Positions 10,253-20,628 are shown, numbered from the stretch's first letter. The stretch is 64,000 nucleotides of DNA from Candidatus Hadarchaeum sp. (GCF_038871235.1 NZ_JAVZIN010000005.1:45735-109734); one strand, 5' to 3'. Numbers and translations: made by a program. The notes: generated by a model not told the origin, from the sequence alone.

Positions 10253-10873
10253 TTACTTCAGTAGCTTGGCAACTTCTTCCTCAGAGAGTTCCCGGTAGCC
10301 GTTCTTATCGATGACCGCCACCATCGTCTTCTCGCCTGTGGCCGCATCCCTCTCTATTGCCGTTTTTATCGACTGCGCCGCCAGCTTGGCACATTCCTCT
10401 AGCGACATATCGTCCCGGTACATCTGCTCGAGCACACCGTAGGCAATCGTCGACCCTGTTCCGGCGCTGGCAAACTTTTCCTCCTCGATCTTCCCACCGA
10501 CGGGGTCAAGGAAGTATAGACAAGGCCCCTCCGGGTCTATTCCCGAGATAACACCTGCGACTATGTAAGGAAAAATTCTCCTGCCAAAGAGGAGGTTCGA
10601 CGCCACCTGGACTAGACCTTTGGTCGTGATGGGACGACCCCGATTCAACCGGTAAAGGTTGGCCTCGGCCCGAAGCAGGCTCACAAAGCTCTGGATGTCG
10701 CCGGAGCTTCCTGAAATCGCGGCACCGATGAAATCATCCAGCTTGAACAGCTTGGGAACCCTCTTGCTAACCACGAGATAATAAGAGGTCCCTCTAGTGT
10801 CAGAGGCTAGCGCTATGCCCTCCTTGCATCTCAGGCCCACGACGGTTCCGGTGAATCCAAACATAAAGGTCAA
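10253..10873 (-). CDS. psmB: 20S proteasome beta subunit, probably non-catalytic
   Basis: VGL.CKEGIALASD.R, KLF, GTGS, RDAATG; position 1 is Gly, not Thr. Confidence 0.9.
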   Translation of the reverse strand: MTFMFGFTGTVVGLRCKEGIALASDTRGTSYYLVVSKRVPKLFKLDDFIGAAISGSSGDIQSFVSLLRAEANLYRLNRGRPITTKGLVQVASNLLFGRRIFPYIVAGVISGIDPEGPCLYFLDPVGGKIEEEKFASAGTGSTIAYGVLEQMYRDDMSLEECAKLAAQSIKTAIERDAATGEKTMVAVIDKNGYRELSEEEVAKLLK

Positions 10874-11040
10874 AATTAACTAAACCCACGGGTTATAATA
10901 ATTATCGCCTAACCAGAAAACTAGCGGGACCACGCCAGTGTTTTCTCAGGTGTTGTCAACCAAACAACGCCAGTGACTATATAAGCTAATCTTTCCGATA
11001 TTCTTCATTTATTAATGCCCCGCGCGCAAAGCTCCGGCGG

Positions 11041-11712
11041 GTGAAAGTGGAGGTGAACACGACCAAGCTAAGCCTGATATGTTCCTTGGTGGGCTTGGTT
11101 GCTATATACGCGGCCGCTGTTACAGTCCGACCCAAGATAACCCCAATCGCTAGCCTGAACGAAAGTTTCATCGGACTCAGAGTTTCCGTTTCAGGTCAAG
11201 TTGTCGACTACCGTGACCACAAGGAGGGCCACCTTTTTCTCAAGCTGAAGGATAAATCCGGGGGGCTGGTCAATGTGCCGATATTCTCCAGAACTCGTTC
11301 GCAGCTCGAAGAATCAATTGAACTTCTTGACATCGTGGAAATAACCGGAGAAGTTGCCCTTTACCAAGGAGAACTTGAGGTAATCCCGGAGGGGGCCAAG
11401 CATGTCAAAATTGTGCACACGGCACCGACAAAGCTTTCTGAAATCGGCAAAGAAAATGCAGGCGCTCCGGTCAAGGTACAAGGTATAATTTCCAAGCGAG
11501 AAATCGTTGGGAGCGGTAACCTGGTGCTAACATTGGAGAATGACGGGAACAGACTGCCGGTTTTCGTCCCCTCTTGGATCGCCGAGGATGGTTTACCTGA
11601 GGTTCACGTCGGCGATACTGTCCGAGTTGATGGCTGGATTCAGCTCTACAATGGGGAGGTTGAGCTAAAGCTGACCAATGCCTCGCATCTGCACTTGGTT
11701 GAGGATGCTTAG
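11041..11712 (+). CDS. Membrane-anchored tandem OB-fold protein
   Basis: N-terminal TM then two repeats V.V.G.V...G.L.L.L.D...V.VF...D.V.(I/V).G....Y.GE.E. Confidence 0.8.
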   Translation: MKVEVNTTKLSLICSLVGLVAIYAAAVTVRPKITPIASLNESFIGLRVSVSGQVVDYRDHKEGHLFLKLKDKSGGLVNVPIFSRTRSQLEESIELLDIVEITGEVALYQGELEVIPEGAKHVKIVHTAPTKLSEIGKENAGAPVKVQGIISKREIVGSGNLVLTLENDGNRLPVFVPSWIAEDGLPEVHVGDTVRVDGWIQLYNGEVELKLTNASHLHLVEDA

Positions 11713-12939
11713 ATGCTGGAAACGCTCGCTTACGTCATGGCGGGTGTGGCGCTGGGAACGTTAACCGGACTGATACTAGGACTCCACGTCAACAACCTGA
11801 CCCCGATCTTGATCGCTCTGGCCGCCGGTGCCTCGAGGGAGATGGTGGCCTTGATAGTCGCGATGTCGATCACAAATGCTTTCATAAGTTATATTCCCTC
11901 AACTTTCCTCGCCGCGCCTGAAGAGGGCACCGAACTCTCCGTGTTGCCTGCCCACCGACTTCTCCTCGAGGGGAGAGGATATCAGGCAATCAGGCTCTCG
12001 GCAACCGGTTGCTTGGGTGGTGTGATGCTATCCGCGGCGCTGGCCTTGCCGTTTATGCCTGCCCTTGGTCCGATTTATGACCTCATCAAGCCACTGATGC
12101 ACTGGTTGCTCCTCGCCGTCACCGGTGTAATGATCTCCCTAGAGAGGTCTTGGAATAAAATTGTCTGGGCGTTAGCAATTTTTCTAGTGTCGGGGCTACT
12201 CGGCCTTGTCTCCCTTGACTCCGGCATCATGCCTGCTGACACCGCGCTGCTGCCCTTACTCTCAGGACTTTTCGGAGCCAGCGTGCTGCTGCCCAGCATT
12301 ATCAACTGCAGCTCACTTCCTGAACAATACACGGATGAGAAAGCGATTAAAATCCAAACTGGTCTGAAACCTGTCTGCGCTGGGACTGCCGCTGGAATCC
12401 TAACCGGAATTGTGCCAAGCATCGGCCCCTCCCAAGGTACCGTGCTGGCCCAGCTGGTTGCCCGCTCTAGGGGCACCGAAGAATTTCTGCTGTCAGTAAG
12501 CAGCGTGAACACCTCTAAGGCCATTTTTTCCTTCCTCGCGATTTTTGCCATCGGAAGGGCCAGAAGCGGGGCTGCCGTTGCTGTCCAGAAGATCATGGAG
12601 GCCGGCAACGTCAACCCGCTGCTGATAATTGGTGTGGCTCTACTCGCCGGAGGCATTGCCGCTATCCTAGAGCTCCAACTGGGAAAGCTCGCCGCCGGGC
12701 ACATGGACCGACTACCCTACCGGGGCCTCGGTGTCGCCGTCATGACTTTTATATTGGGACTTACCTTTTACTGTTCTGGGTTAATCGGGATTCTGGTGCT
12801 GGTTACGGCCACAGCAGTTGGAACGCTGCCCGCTTTAACCAAAGTAAAAAGAACCCATTGCATGGGGGTGCTCATGCTGCCCTGCATGCTCTTCTTCGCC
12901 GGAGCAAAGAATATCGCTTTAACCGCACTTGGTCTCTGA
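11713..12939 (+). CDS. Archaeal TctA/DUF112-family multi-pass membrane protein
   Basis: G.LTGL..GLHVN, IPSTFL..P...ELSVLPAH..LLEGRG, GVL motifs; ATG abuts upstream stop. Confidence 0.85.
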   Translation: MLETLAYVMAGVALGTLTGLILGLHVNNLTPILIALAAGASREMVALIVAMSITNAFISYIPSTFLAAPEEGTELSVLPAHRLLLEGRGYQAIRLSATGCLGGVMLSAALALPFMPALGPIYDLIKPLMHWLLLAVTGVMISLERSWNKIVWALAIFLVSGLLGLVSLDSGIMPADTALLPLLSGLFGASVLLPSIINCSSLPEQYTDEKAIKIQTGLKPVCAGTAAGILTGIVPSIGPSQGTVLAQLVARSRGTEEFLLSVSSVNTSKAIFSFLAIFAIGRARSGAAVAVQKIMEAGNVNPLLIIGVALLAGGIAAILELQLGKLAAGHMDRLPYRGLGVAVMTFILGLTFYCSGLIGILVLVTATAVGTLPALTKVKRTHCMGVLMLPCMLFFAGAKNIALTALGL

Positions 12940-12970
12940 AATAATTCCATGTTCAAAAAAAGCATTAAAT

Positions 12971-13393
12971 TTATTCGCCTTCCAGTTCACCCAAATGAAT
13001 TGTCTCCCAACTTACCTTGCCCGCCTCGATCACCTGTTTGAGTCTCCGCTGCAGCGGCGTGAGTTCGGCACTCTTACCGGTCTTAATGTCGACGAAAGTT
13101 ACTCTTCTTGGTTCCCCCTCTTTATAGCCATCGAAAACCACATAGTCCACTGGGGAGCCCAGAAATCTAGCATCGGCGGGCTCGTGCTTGAAAATGGGCA
13201 ATAGCGGAGCGAGCTGCTCACCTATCTTTCCCTTAAGCGCCGCCCGGCTTCTCTCAAGAACCTCCTGCCTGATCCTCCACTCGAATTCCGACTTCCAGCG
13301 TTCAAATTGGACCGACAACCGCTCCCGCAGATAGAGAAAACAGAGAAGGATCCCTAAGAAAAAGCCCAAAATAAAGATTATTATCTCGATAAT
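12971..13393 (-). CDS. Membrane-anchored Holliday-junction-resolvase-like PD-(D/E)xK endonuclease
   Basis: TM helix; SR..LKGKIGEQLAP, RFLGSPVDYVVFDG, FVDIKTG; start at TTG 13435 or ATT 13393. Confidence 0.85.
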   Translation of the reverse strand: MIEIIIFILGFFLGILLCFLYLRERLSVQFERWKSEFEWRIRQEVLERSRAALKGKIGEQLAPLLPIFKHEPADARFLGSPVDYVVFDGYKEGEPRRVTFVDIKTGKSAELTPLQRRLKQVIEAGKVSWETIHLGELEGE

Positions 13394-13512
13394 CCGCTCA
13401 CCCCCTTCAATAACCCCGTATCTCTCAACTCTCAAGAGCCTTTCCTCAGTTTACGACAGTTTATTATAGAGGTGCTCAAATAGATTCTTGAACCGGAAAA
13501 TTTGACGAGGCG

Positions 13513-14172
13513 ATGAAGGTGAAATTGATAATGCTAGGAGCACCGGGATCGGGCAAAGGCACTCAGACCTCAAGGCTAAAATCGATGCTTAGCATCCCGG
13601 CCATCTCCACGGGTGATATCTTTAGGAATGAGATTAAAGAGGGGACGGAACTGGGGAAAAGAATTAAAAAATACCTAAACGACGGCCAGCTGGTTCCAGA
13701 TGAAATCGTGATCGAGGTAATAAAAGAAAGGATCAATCAACCTGACTGTAAAAATGGCTTCATTCTTGACGGATTTCCCAGGACGCTGGAGCAGGCCAAG
13801 ACCCTGGATAAAATCGTGAAAATAGATGCCTGCATCAACTTAGCGGTACCGAAGGAAATCATCGTGAAAAGGCTATCGGCGAGGAGAATCTGCCGGAACT
13901 GCGGGGAGGTCTACAACCTCTTGGTTCTGAAGCCAGAGGTGGACGAAATTTGTGATAAATGTGGCGGGCCTTTATTCCAAAGAGATGACGACAAAGAAGA
14001 GGTCATCGAGGAAAGGTTTAGGGTATATGAAAAACAGACCGAGCCTCTTTTGGAGTACTATAGAAAAAGGCTACCGATAATCACCGTCACCTGCAATTCC
14101 GTGGATGCGCCCCCGGAACTGATAACCAATCAAATCATTAATGGTCTGAAGAAGCTAAAATTGATAAGTTAG
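13513..14172 (+). CDS. adk: Adenylate kinase (bacterial type, Zn LID)
   Basis: GAPGSGKGT, STGD, LDGFPRT, CxxC..CxxC LID, QRDDD. Confidence 0.95.
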   Translation: MKVKLIMLGAPGSGKGTQTSRLKSMLSIPAISTGDIFRNEIKEGTELGKRIKKYLNDGQLVPDEIVIEVIKERINQPDCKNGFILDGFPRTLEQAKTLDKIVKIDACINLAVPKEIIVKRLSARRICRNCGEVYNLLVLKPEVDEICDKCGGPLFQRDDDKEEVIEERFRVYEKQTEPLLEYYRKRLPIITVTCNSVDAPPELITNQIINGLKKLKLIS

Positions 14173-14310
14173 AACCTGGCTGGATAAACCCGTTCCAAAT
14201 TTCGATTCCTTCCCAATCTCTGATCAGTAAATTCCAAAGCGCACCTTCAACCGGCTTATTACGCACGGCCGCGAATTAGCTTAAATAATTTACCAATACC
14301 GACACTGCTA

Positions 14311-15168
14311 TTATATCGACAGCAGAACCAACCCGACCAAAACAGCGCAGATGCCTATCTTCTGGTTAATCTCCACCATTTCTTTGAAAAATATCCTCGC
14401 CAGAAGGATGGTGACGACAGGGAAAGTGGCCGCGACTGGAGCCACGATCGCGGTGAACTCTGAAGCTACGCCCGCTCCATAAGCGGTGAAAGCCGTGGCC
14501 TCCAGAATTCCGACTACCACTACCATCGGGACGAAGCTTCTGGGGTAAGAGATGTCTCTATTTGCAAAACCTGAATACATCAGCAAGCTAAAGACGGTGA
14601 CGGCCTTGACTAAGAGAACTGGTAAAAACCAACCGAGTTCGGCTACGAGAACATCAATGAAAATATAGTGTACGCCCCAGGCCACCATCGATATCGCTGC
14701 AAATTGCGCCCCGGTGGCAAGATTTCTCAACCTGAGCTTTAGCAAGTCACGGAATTTAAATGAGGTCAAAAAAACTCCGGAAATGGTCAAAACAACTCCG
14801 ATCGCCTGCGACCGTGAAAGGTTTTCGCCGAGAAAAGCTAGGCTCAAAATGACCGTGACCACAACCCAAGAGGCCGAAACTGGGCTGACTATGGAAACCT
14901 TACCAACCTGCAGTCCATGATAAAAAGCCAAACAGGCGACCACGTTAAGAAATCCCGCGAGCAAAATGATTATCACCAAGTAAAATGATGGAACGGCAAG
15001 ACCGACTAAAAAAGCCACGGCGATTAAAACGAGAAGGCCAACCGCTTGACCCCAGACAAGTGTTTTGAACACTCCGGCCCTTCTAATTGCTCTGGCGGCA
15101 AAGAAATCAGCTATCCCCCAAGAAAGCATCGCAACCAGCCCAAACAGCACTCCTGACGAGATATTCAT
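14311..15168 (-). CDS. DMT/EamA-family transporter
   Basis: About 10 TM helices in two repeats, AFLGE and FFKE loops. Confidence 0.85.
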   Translation of the reverse strand: MNISSGVLFGLVAMLSWGIADFFAARAIRRAGVFKTLVWGQAVGLLVLIAVAFLVGLAVPSFYLVIIILLAGFLNVVACLAFYHGLQVGKVSIVSPVSASWVVVTVILSLAFLGENLSRSQAIGVVLTISGVFLTSFKFRDLLKLRLRNLATGAQFAAISMVAWGVHYIFIDVLVAELGWFLPVLLVKAVTVFSLLMYSGFANRDISYPRSFVPMVVVVGILEATAFTAYGAGVASEFTAIVAPVAATFPVVTILLARIFFKEMVEINQKIGICAVLVGLVLLSI

Positions 15169-15272
15169 CGAATCCCCTAAATCCCAATCCGCGTTTTCTC
15201 CAAAATAAGTGGCGGCGCACCGATATCATGTGGATCAAGTCTTTTACAAACCGAGGTTCAATTATCGACTGG

Positions 15273-17184
15273 ATGTCGAGAGTGGAGCTGGTTCTGCCCG
15301 CTGGAGATGAGCTGTGCTTAAGGGCCGCAGTAAAAAATGGAGCCGACGCCATCTACCTCGGCCTAAGTAGATTCAACGCTAGGATGTTGGCCGAAAATTT
15401 TAACGAAAAAACAATCTTCAGTGCGGTAGACTACTGCCACGAGAGGGAGGTTAAAGTCTACGTGGCCTTTTAACACCTTGGTCAAAAATGAGGAGCTGGA
15501 GGACTATTTCAAGCTAATAAACGTGGCCTATTCAGCGGAGGCGGATGCCATCATTATTCAAGACCCCTGTTTTGTCCCTTTGCTCAGGCAAAACTTTCCC
15601 GATTTGGGCATTCATCTGTCCACCCAGGCGACAACGGTCAACAGCTACTCCATACCTAAAGATATCGACCGAGTCATTCTCGCCAGGGAGCTGAGTTATG
15701 ATGAGATAAAAGCAATATCTCAGAAATTCCCCACTGAGGTCTTTGTCCATGGGGCGCTTTGCTTCAGCTACAGTGGACAGTGTCTATTTTCCTCGCTTGC
15801 GGGCGGCAGAAGCGGCAACAGGGGGATGTGCGCCCAGCCCTGCCGAAAGAAATACAACAACAGATATCCGCTGAGCACCATGGATCTCTGCCTTCTGCCA
15901 AAGCTTCCTGAGATCATCGAGGCCGGCGTTACTTCCATGAAGGTAGAAGGAAGGCTGAGGGGCCCTCTCTACGTGGGCACCGTGGCACGAATCTATCGTA
16001 AGTACATCGACGCCTACTATCAGGGAAAGTTCAACATCGAGAGAAAAGATATCGAAGACCTCATGGTGGTCTTTAACAGAGGATTCACCACGGGCTTTGC
16101 CTTTAACGATAACGTTGTGGACCCAAAGAGGCCGATGAATCGGGGGTTGTTCCTAGGCACTCTCAAAGGCGGCAAATTGAAGCTCAGGGCTGACCTGAAA
16201 ATCGGTGATGGTGTGGCTATCTGGATTAACGGTGACATTATTGGCTACAAAGTAAACAAGATCTTAAAGGACGGCACCGAGGTCAGCCAAGCTTTCACCG
16301 GCGATGAGGTCGAGATTGATATCAAGGGAGCAAAAGACGGATCTCCGGTCTACAAAACCTCGTCAGTTGACATCAAGCTTGAACTGGGTGAGGAAATATG
16401 GCCTGTGGAGCCCAGACTCAGGCCGAGAAAAATCACCTTACCTAAGTTTAAGGCCGTTGAAAACGATTCAAGGATTATGATCTTTGTCAAAGCACACGAT
16501 AAGGAAATGGTCCTAGCCGCCGAAAGGGCCGGAGCTGATGTGGTTTACTACGATGTCCTCAAGGAGGATTGCAAGCAAGTTAAAAACTTGATGAGGAAAT
16601 CCCGTTTCTTTGTTTACACGCCACGAATCCTCTCCGACAAGCAAGTGACCGAGATAGCTGAAAAAATAAGCCAAATAGAGCCCGCCGGCGTGCTGGTAGG
16701 TAACCGTGGTCTGTTAAAATTTTTAAGTGGGTTTGACCTGCACTTAGATTATTCCTTCAACTGTTTCAACGATGTCGATCTTCAATGTTACCCAGGCGTC
16801 CCCATCATCTCCCCCGAGCTTAACTTTAAAGAGACGATCTCCCTGAAAAATAAGCGTTTCATCGTGATGATACATGGAGACATAATCCTGATGAGCAGCA
16901 AACAAAAATTAGGGGTTAAGGAACTCGTCGACGAACAAGGCAGGCGCTTCAGGGTTAGAATCAATCACGGCATCACTGAGATTCTCAACTGGAAACAGCT
17001 GGGGCTCTTCAACAAGGCTCGAGATTACGTTCGGGCCGGCATAAAATACTTCTACATCGATGTTGAAAAAGAAGTGGACAAATTCATCCGCATCTACCGA
17101 AAGATACTGAACTTTGAACCATTTGACGATCACAACATTAAGAAAGGTTACACGACGGGACACTTTAGCCGAGGAGTACTTTAA
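15273..17184 (+). pseudogene. Peptidase U32-family (RlhA-like RNA hydroxylation) gene split by a +1 frameshift at 15468-15473
   Basis: Frame 1 ELVLPAG..GADAIYLG..FNAR..KVYVAF* continues as NTLVK in the next frame; downstream HGALC.SYSGQC..SGNRG.CAQPCR and KVEGR. Confidence 0.8.
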
Positions 17185-17194
17185 CACCGATAGG

Positions 17195-17551
17195 TTATCT
17201 CGGTCTTAATTTCATGGCGCGGCGAAGGTAAACCATTGAAGAAACGATTAAGACGATCCCAACTCCGACAAATATCACCCTATCCATCAAAGCCAGAGCC
17301 CTGGAGACTGACTGCCAAAGCAATCCCGCGCCCAACGTTGCCAGAATGGGCAGATAGGTTACGATGGAGTTGCCTCCGAACCTCTTTTCCAAGCAGTCTC
17401 CTATCAGCGGTAGATAGGAAATGGTGAGGACTACGCCAACGACAAGCATGACCAAGTCTGTCATGAACGAAACGGTGTAAAGCTTGGATCCCTCCAGCAT
17501 CAAAAAGATTCCGACCACAAGAATAACAATAGCTATCCAAGGCCTCCTCAC
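17195..17551 (-). CDS. Small 4-TM membrane protein
   Basis: Four hydrophobic segments; fills the gap between convergent genes. Confidence 0.65.
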   Translation of the reverse strand: MRRPWIAIVILVVGIFLMLEGSKLYTVSFMTDLVMLVVGVVLTISYLPLIGDCLEKRFGGNSIVTYLPILATLGAGLLWQSVSRALALMDRVIFVGVGIVLIVSSMVYLRRAMKLRPR

Positions 17552-17624
17552 TCGGGCACCACAATTGACTCTGAATCTATCTATTTAAAGTTGCAATCGA
17601 ATCCTCCTGATTGGTCGTGCCAAG

Positions 17625-18302
17625 ATGAGGGTTGCCGTGCTCTTTACCGGTGGAAAGGACTCAACTTATGCCACTTATCTCTCCCTTAAGAAAGGCTTTG
17701 AGGTGAAGTATCTCATCACCATGGCATCCAAAAACCCATTCTCTTGGATGTTTCATTCCGTAAACATCAACGCCACCAAGCTCCAAGCCGAGGCGGTGGG
17801 GATCAAACAGATTATGAGACAAACGCTGGGTAAAAAAGAATACGAGCTGGAGGATCTTAAAGGAGCCATCGAGGAAGTAAAGGGAGAGATAGACGGAATC
17901 ATCAGCGGCAGCATCTCCAGCTCCTACCAGAAGAACCGAGTTGACCTGATCGCTAAAGAGCTGGGCTTGGTCTCCCTATCTCCACTTTGGGGTCTAGATC
18001 CGGTTGAGCTCCTTCGCGACATGATAAAGGTGGGCTTTGACATCATCATTACTAGTGTGGCCGCCCAAGGATTTGGCCCAAGCTGGCTGGGAAGGAGAAT
18101 CGACGAAAAAGCTGTCGAGGAACTGGAAAAGCTGTGCCAAAAGTACGGGATAAACCCAAGTGGTGAAGGAGGAGAATATGAGAGCTTCGTTTTAGATGCA
18201 CCCATATTCAGAAAAAGGATCGAAATCATCGACGCGGAAAGGATCTGGAGCGGGACCAACGGGTATTTACTTATCAAACAAGCTAGGATTGTGGAGAAGT
18301 GA
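17625..18302 (+). CDS. Diphthine--ammonia ligase family ATP pyrophosphatase (Dph6/MJ0570)
   Basis: TGGKDS PP-loop, S.YQKNR, PLW, GEGGEYES. Confidence 0.9.
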   Translation: MRVAVLFTGGKDSTYATYLSLKKGFEVKYLITMASKNPFSWMFHSVNINATKLQAEAVGIKQIMRQTLGKKEYELEDLKGAIEEVKGEIDGIISGSISSSYQKNRVDLIAKELGLVSLSPLWGLDPVELLRDMIKVGFDIIITSVAAQGFGPSWLGRRIDEKAVEELEKLCQKYGINPSGEGGEYESFVLDAPIFRKRIEIIDAERIWSGTNGYLLIKQARIVEK

Positions 18303-18305
18303 TCT

Positions 18306-19334
18306 ATGAGAACCGCACTTGTTTATTCGGACAAATACTTAGAACATAACCCTGGGCTGGGTCACCCGGAAAGACCGGAGCGCCTGAAGGCCATTGTCAG
18401 CGGCCTCAAGAGGTTCAACCTCTGGAACACACAGGAAATCAAGGTGGTCGAACCCTATCCAGCCAAGCTCGAGGACATTAAGCTGGTCCACGATCCTGAG
18501 TACATCTCACTGGTGGAAAAATTGAGCGCGATGGAAAGACCGATTGACGGCGATACCCCGGCTAAAAAAAATACCTTTGAACTGGCGCTGCTCGCAGCTG
18601 GTGGCGCCATCACCGCCGGCAATCTTGTGATGTCGGGTGGGGCCAAAAATGCCTTCGCTCTGGTGAGGCCACCAGGCCACCACGCCTGCAGAAGCCACGG
18701 AGGTGGTTTCTGCTACTTCAACAACATCGCCATAATGATTGAACGCCTGAAGCTGGACTTCAAGCTGAAAAGAATCTTTGTGCTCGACTTTGACGCCCAC
18801 CACGGCAACGGAACGCAGGAAATATTCTACGCAGACCCCAGCGTTCTCTATATGTCGCTGCACCAGCACCCGTTGACCCTCTACCCCGGAACTGGTTTTC
18901 CCGACGAGATTGGCGAGGGTGAAGGTATAGGGTTGAAGGTCAACGTGCCGATGGAACCCGGCAGCGGAGATATCGAATACTGGGCAGCGATGAAAGAGAT
19001 CTTCATCCCGCTCTGTGAAAAGTTTAAACCTGATTTCTTCGCCGTCTCGGCCGGGTTTGATGCTCACTTCGATGACCCGCTGACCGGCCTGCACCTGTCC
19101 ACCAAAGCGTACGGTTGGCTGGCCAGCGCTGTGATTGAGCAGGCGGAAAAATGGTGCGGCGGCAAGGCGGTTTTTCTGCTCGAGGGAGGATATGACCTGG
19201 AAGCCCTTGCCAGCGGCGCTGTTTATGTGGTCCGGGCAATGCAGGGTGAAAAGTTCACGCCGCCGGAAGAAAAAACACGCTTAAAGGTAATCGAAGAGGT
19301 AAAGAAAGCCCTCGCTGAAAAATGGTCGCTATAA
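18306..19334 (+). CDS. Zn-dependent histone deacetylase-family amidohydrolase
   Basis: HPERPER, RPPGHHA, GFCYFNN, DFDAHHGNGT, SAGFD, LEGGY. Confidence 0.92.
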   Translation: MRTALVYSDKYLEHNPGLGHPERPERLKAIVSGLKRFNLWNTQEIKVVEPYPAKLEDIKLVHDPEYISLVEKLSAMERPIDGDTPAKKNTFELALLAAGGAITAGNLVMSGGAKNAFALVRPPGHHACRSHGGGFCYFNNIAIMIERLKLDFKLKRIFVLDFDAHHGNGTQEIFYADPSVLYMSLHQHPLTLYPGTGFPDEIGEGEGIGLKVNVPMEPGSGDIEYWAAMKEIFIPLCEKFKPDFFAVSAGFDAHFDDPLTGLHLSTKAYGWLASAVIEQAEKWCGGKAVFLLEGGYDLEALASGAVYVVRAMQGEKFTPPEEKTRLKVIEEVKKALAEKWSL

Positions 19335-20537
19335 AGTTCCCATCTCTCTAGCTATCTGCCCCACCAACTCAACGAATTTTTCTACCTCAGTCTCCAAGTT
19401 GAAATAGTGTACCGAAGCGCGGGCAGTGCCGTTGATCTTAAGGTGTCTGAAAGTGGGCTGGGCACAGTGGTGTCCTGAACGAATGGCAATCTTGGCCAGC
19501 TCATCGAGCATGGAGGCCACTTCATGAGGGCCAAGCCCGCTGATGTTGAAACTAACCACTCCACCACGCCGGTTCAAGTTCATAGGACCATAGACTTCCA
19601 CTTGGCTGTATTTTCCTATCACAAGCATCCGCTCGGTAAGCTTCTTCTCCCTCTCTGCAATTTTATCAATGCCTATATCCATCACATACTCGCAGGCCTT
19701 TCCCAGACCGATGATGCCCGGAATGTTCGGCGTCCCGGCGTCGAAGAGCTGGGGTGGATCGACCAACTTTGCGCCGTGCAACTCAACATCTTCCACTATT
19801 CCACCCCCTGTTAAAAGGGGTTCAAGCTCGAAAATCTTATCTTCACGGGCATAAAGAAATCCTGTTCCCTGCGGCCCAAGAAGTCCCTTGTGTCCAGGCG
19901 CTGCCAAAAAGTCGCAGCCTATCCTACGAACATCAACAGGCATATGTCCTACCGACTGCGCAGCATCAACCAAATAAAGAACCTCATGATCCCGGGCCAG
20001 CTTCCCGATCTCCTCAACCGGCTGAATGCTACCGATCGCGTTAGAAACATGGTGGGTGGTTATGAGACGTGTGTTCTTGTCCATCGCCACCTCAAACTCA
20101 ACGGGGTCAAGCAGACATTCCTTAGAGCTTCCGACCACCTCCAGCCTCACGCCGCGTTCTTTCTCCAACCGTTGCCAGGGTAAAAGATTGCTGTGATGCT
20201 CAAACAACGAGGTTATCACCTTGTCGCCTTTTTTCAGATCCAGCCCCCTGGCCACGATATTTATGGCCTCGGTTGTGTTTTTGGTAAAAATTATTTCACT
20301 TGGCTTGGCGCCTATGACCCGAGCAACCTTTTCCCGGGCCGCCTCAAACTCCTCAGTAGCTCGCCTAGTTGCCCGATGCAATCCCCGCCCTACATTCGCG
20401 CTGAACTCGTGATAATAGCTCAGCATCGCTTCAATTACCGGTTCTGGTGTCGGCGTGGTGGCTGCGTTGTCCAAGTAGATGATCCCCGTGCGCAAAAAAG
20501 GTATGTCCGCCCTGACCTCATCAACGCTTTTCGTCAA
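19329..20537 (-). CDS. sufS: Cysteine desulfurase, SufS type
   Basis: YLDNAATT, EHHSN, DAAQ, GHK, RSGHHCAQP. Confidence 0.88.
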   Translation of the reverse strand: MTKSVDEVRADIPFLRTGIIYLDNAATTPTPEPVIEAMLSYYHEFSANVGRGLHRATRRATEEFEAAREKVARVIGAKPSEIIFTKNTTEAINIVARGLDLKKGDKVITSLFEHHSNLLPWQRLEKERGVRLEVVGSSKECLLDPVEFEVAMDKNTRLITTHHVSNAIGSIQPVEEIGKLARDHEVLYLVDAAQSVGHMPVDVRRIGCDFLAAPGHKGLLGPQGTGFLYAREDKIFELEPLLTGGGIVEDVELHGAKLVDPPQLFDAGTPNIPGIIGLGKACEYVMDIGIDKIAEREKKLTERMLVIGKYSQVEVYGPMNLNRRGGVVSFNISGLGPHEVASMLDELAKIAIRSGHHCAQPTFRHLKINGTARASVHYFNLETEVEKFVELVGQIAREMGTL

Positions 20538-20628
20538 GGTTTCAACTCCTCTTGGTCACACTCTGGTCTAAATTGTCCCGCCTGTCTTAATCTAACTTTC
20601 CTTTTAGGCAATTCATCGGTCGAAAAGC

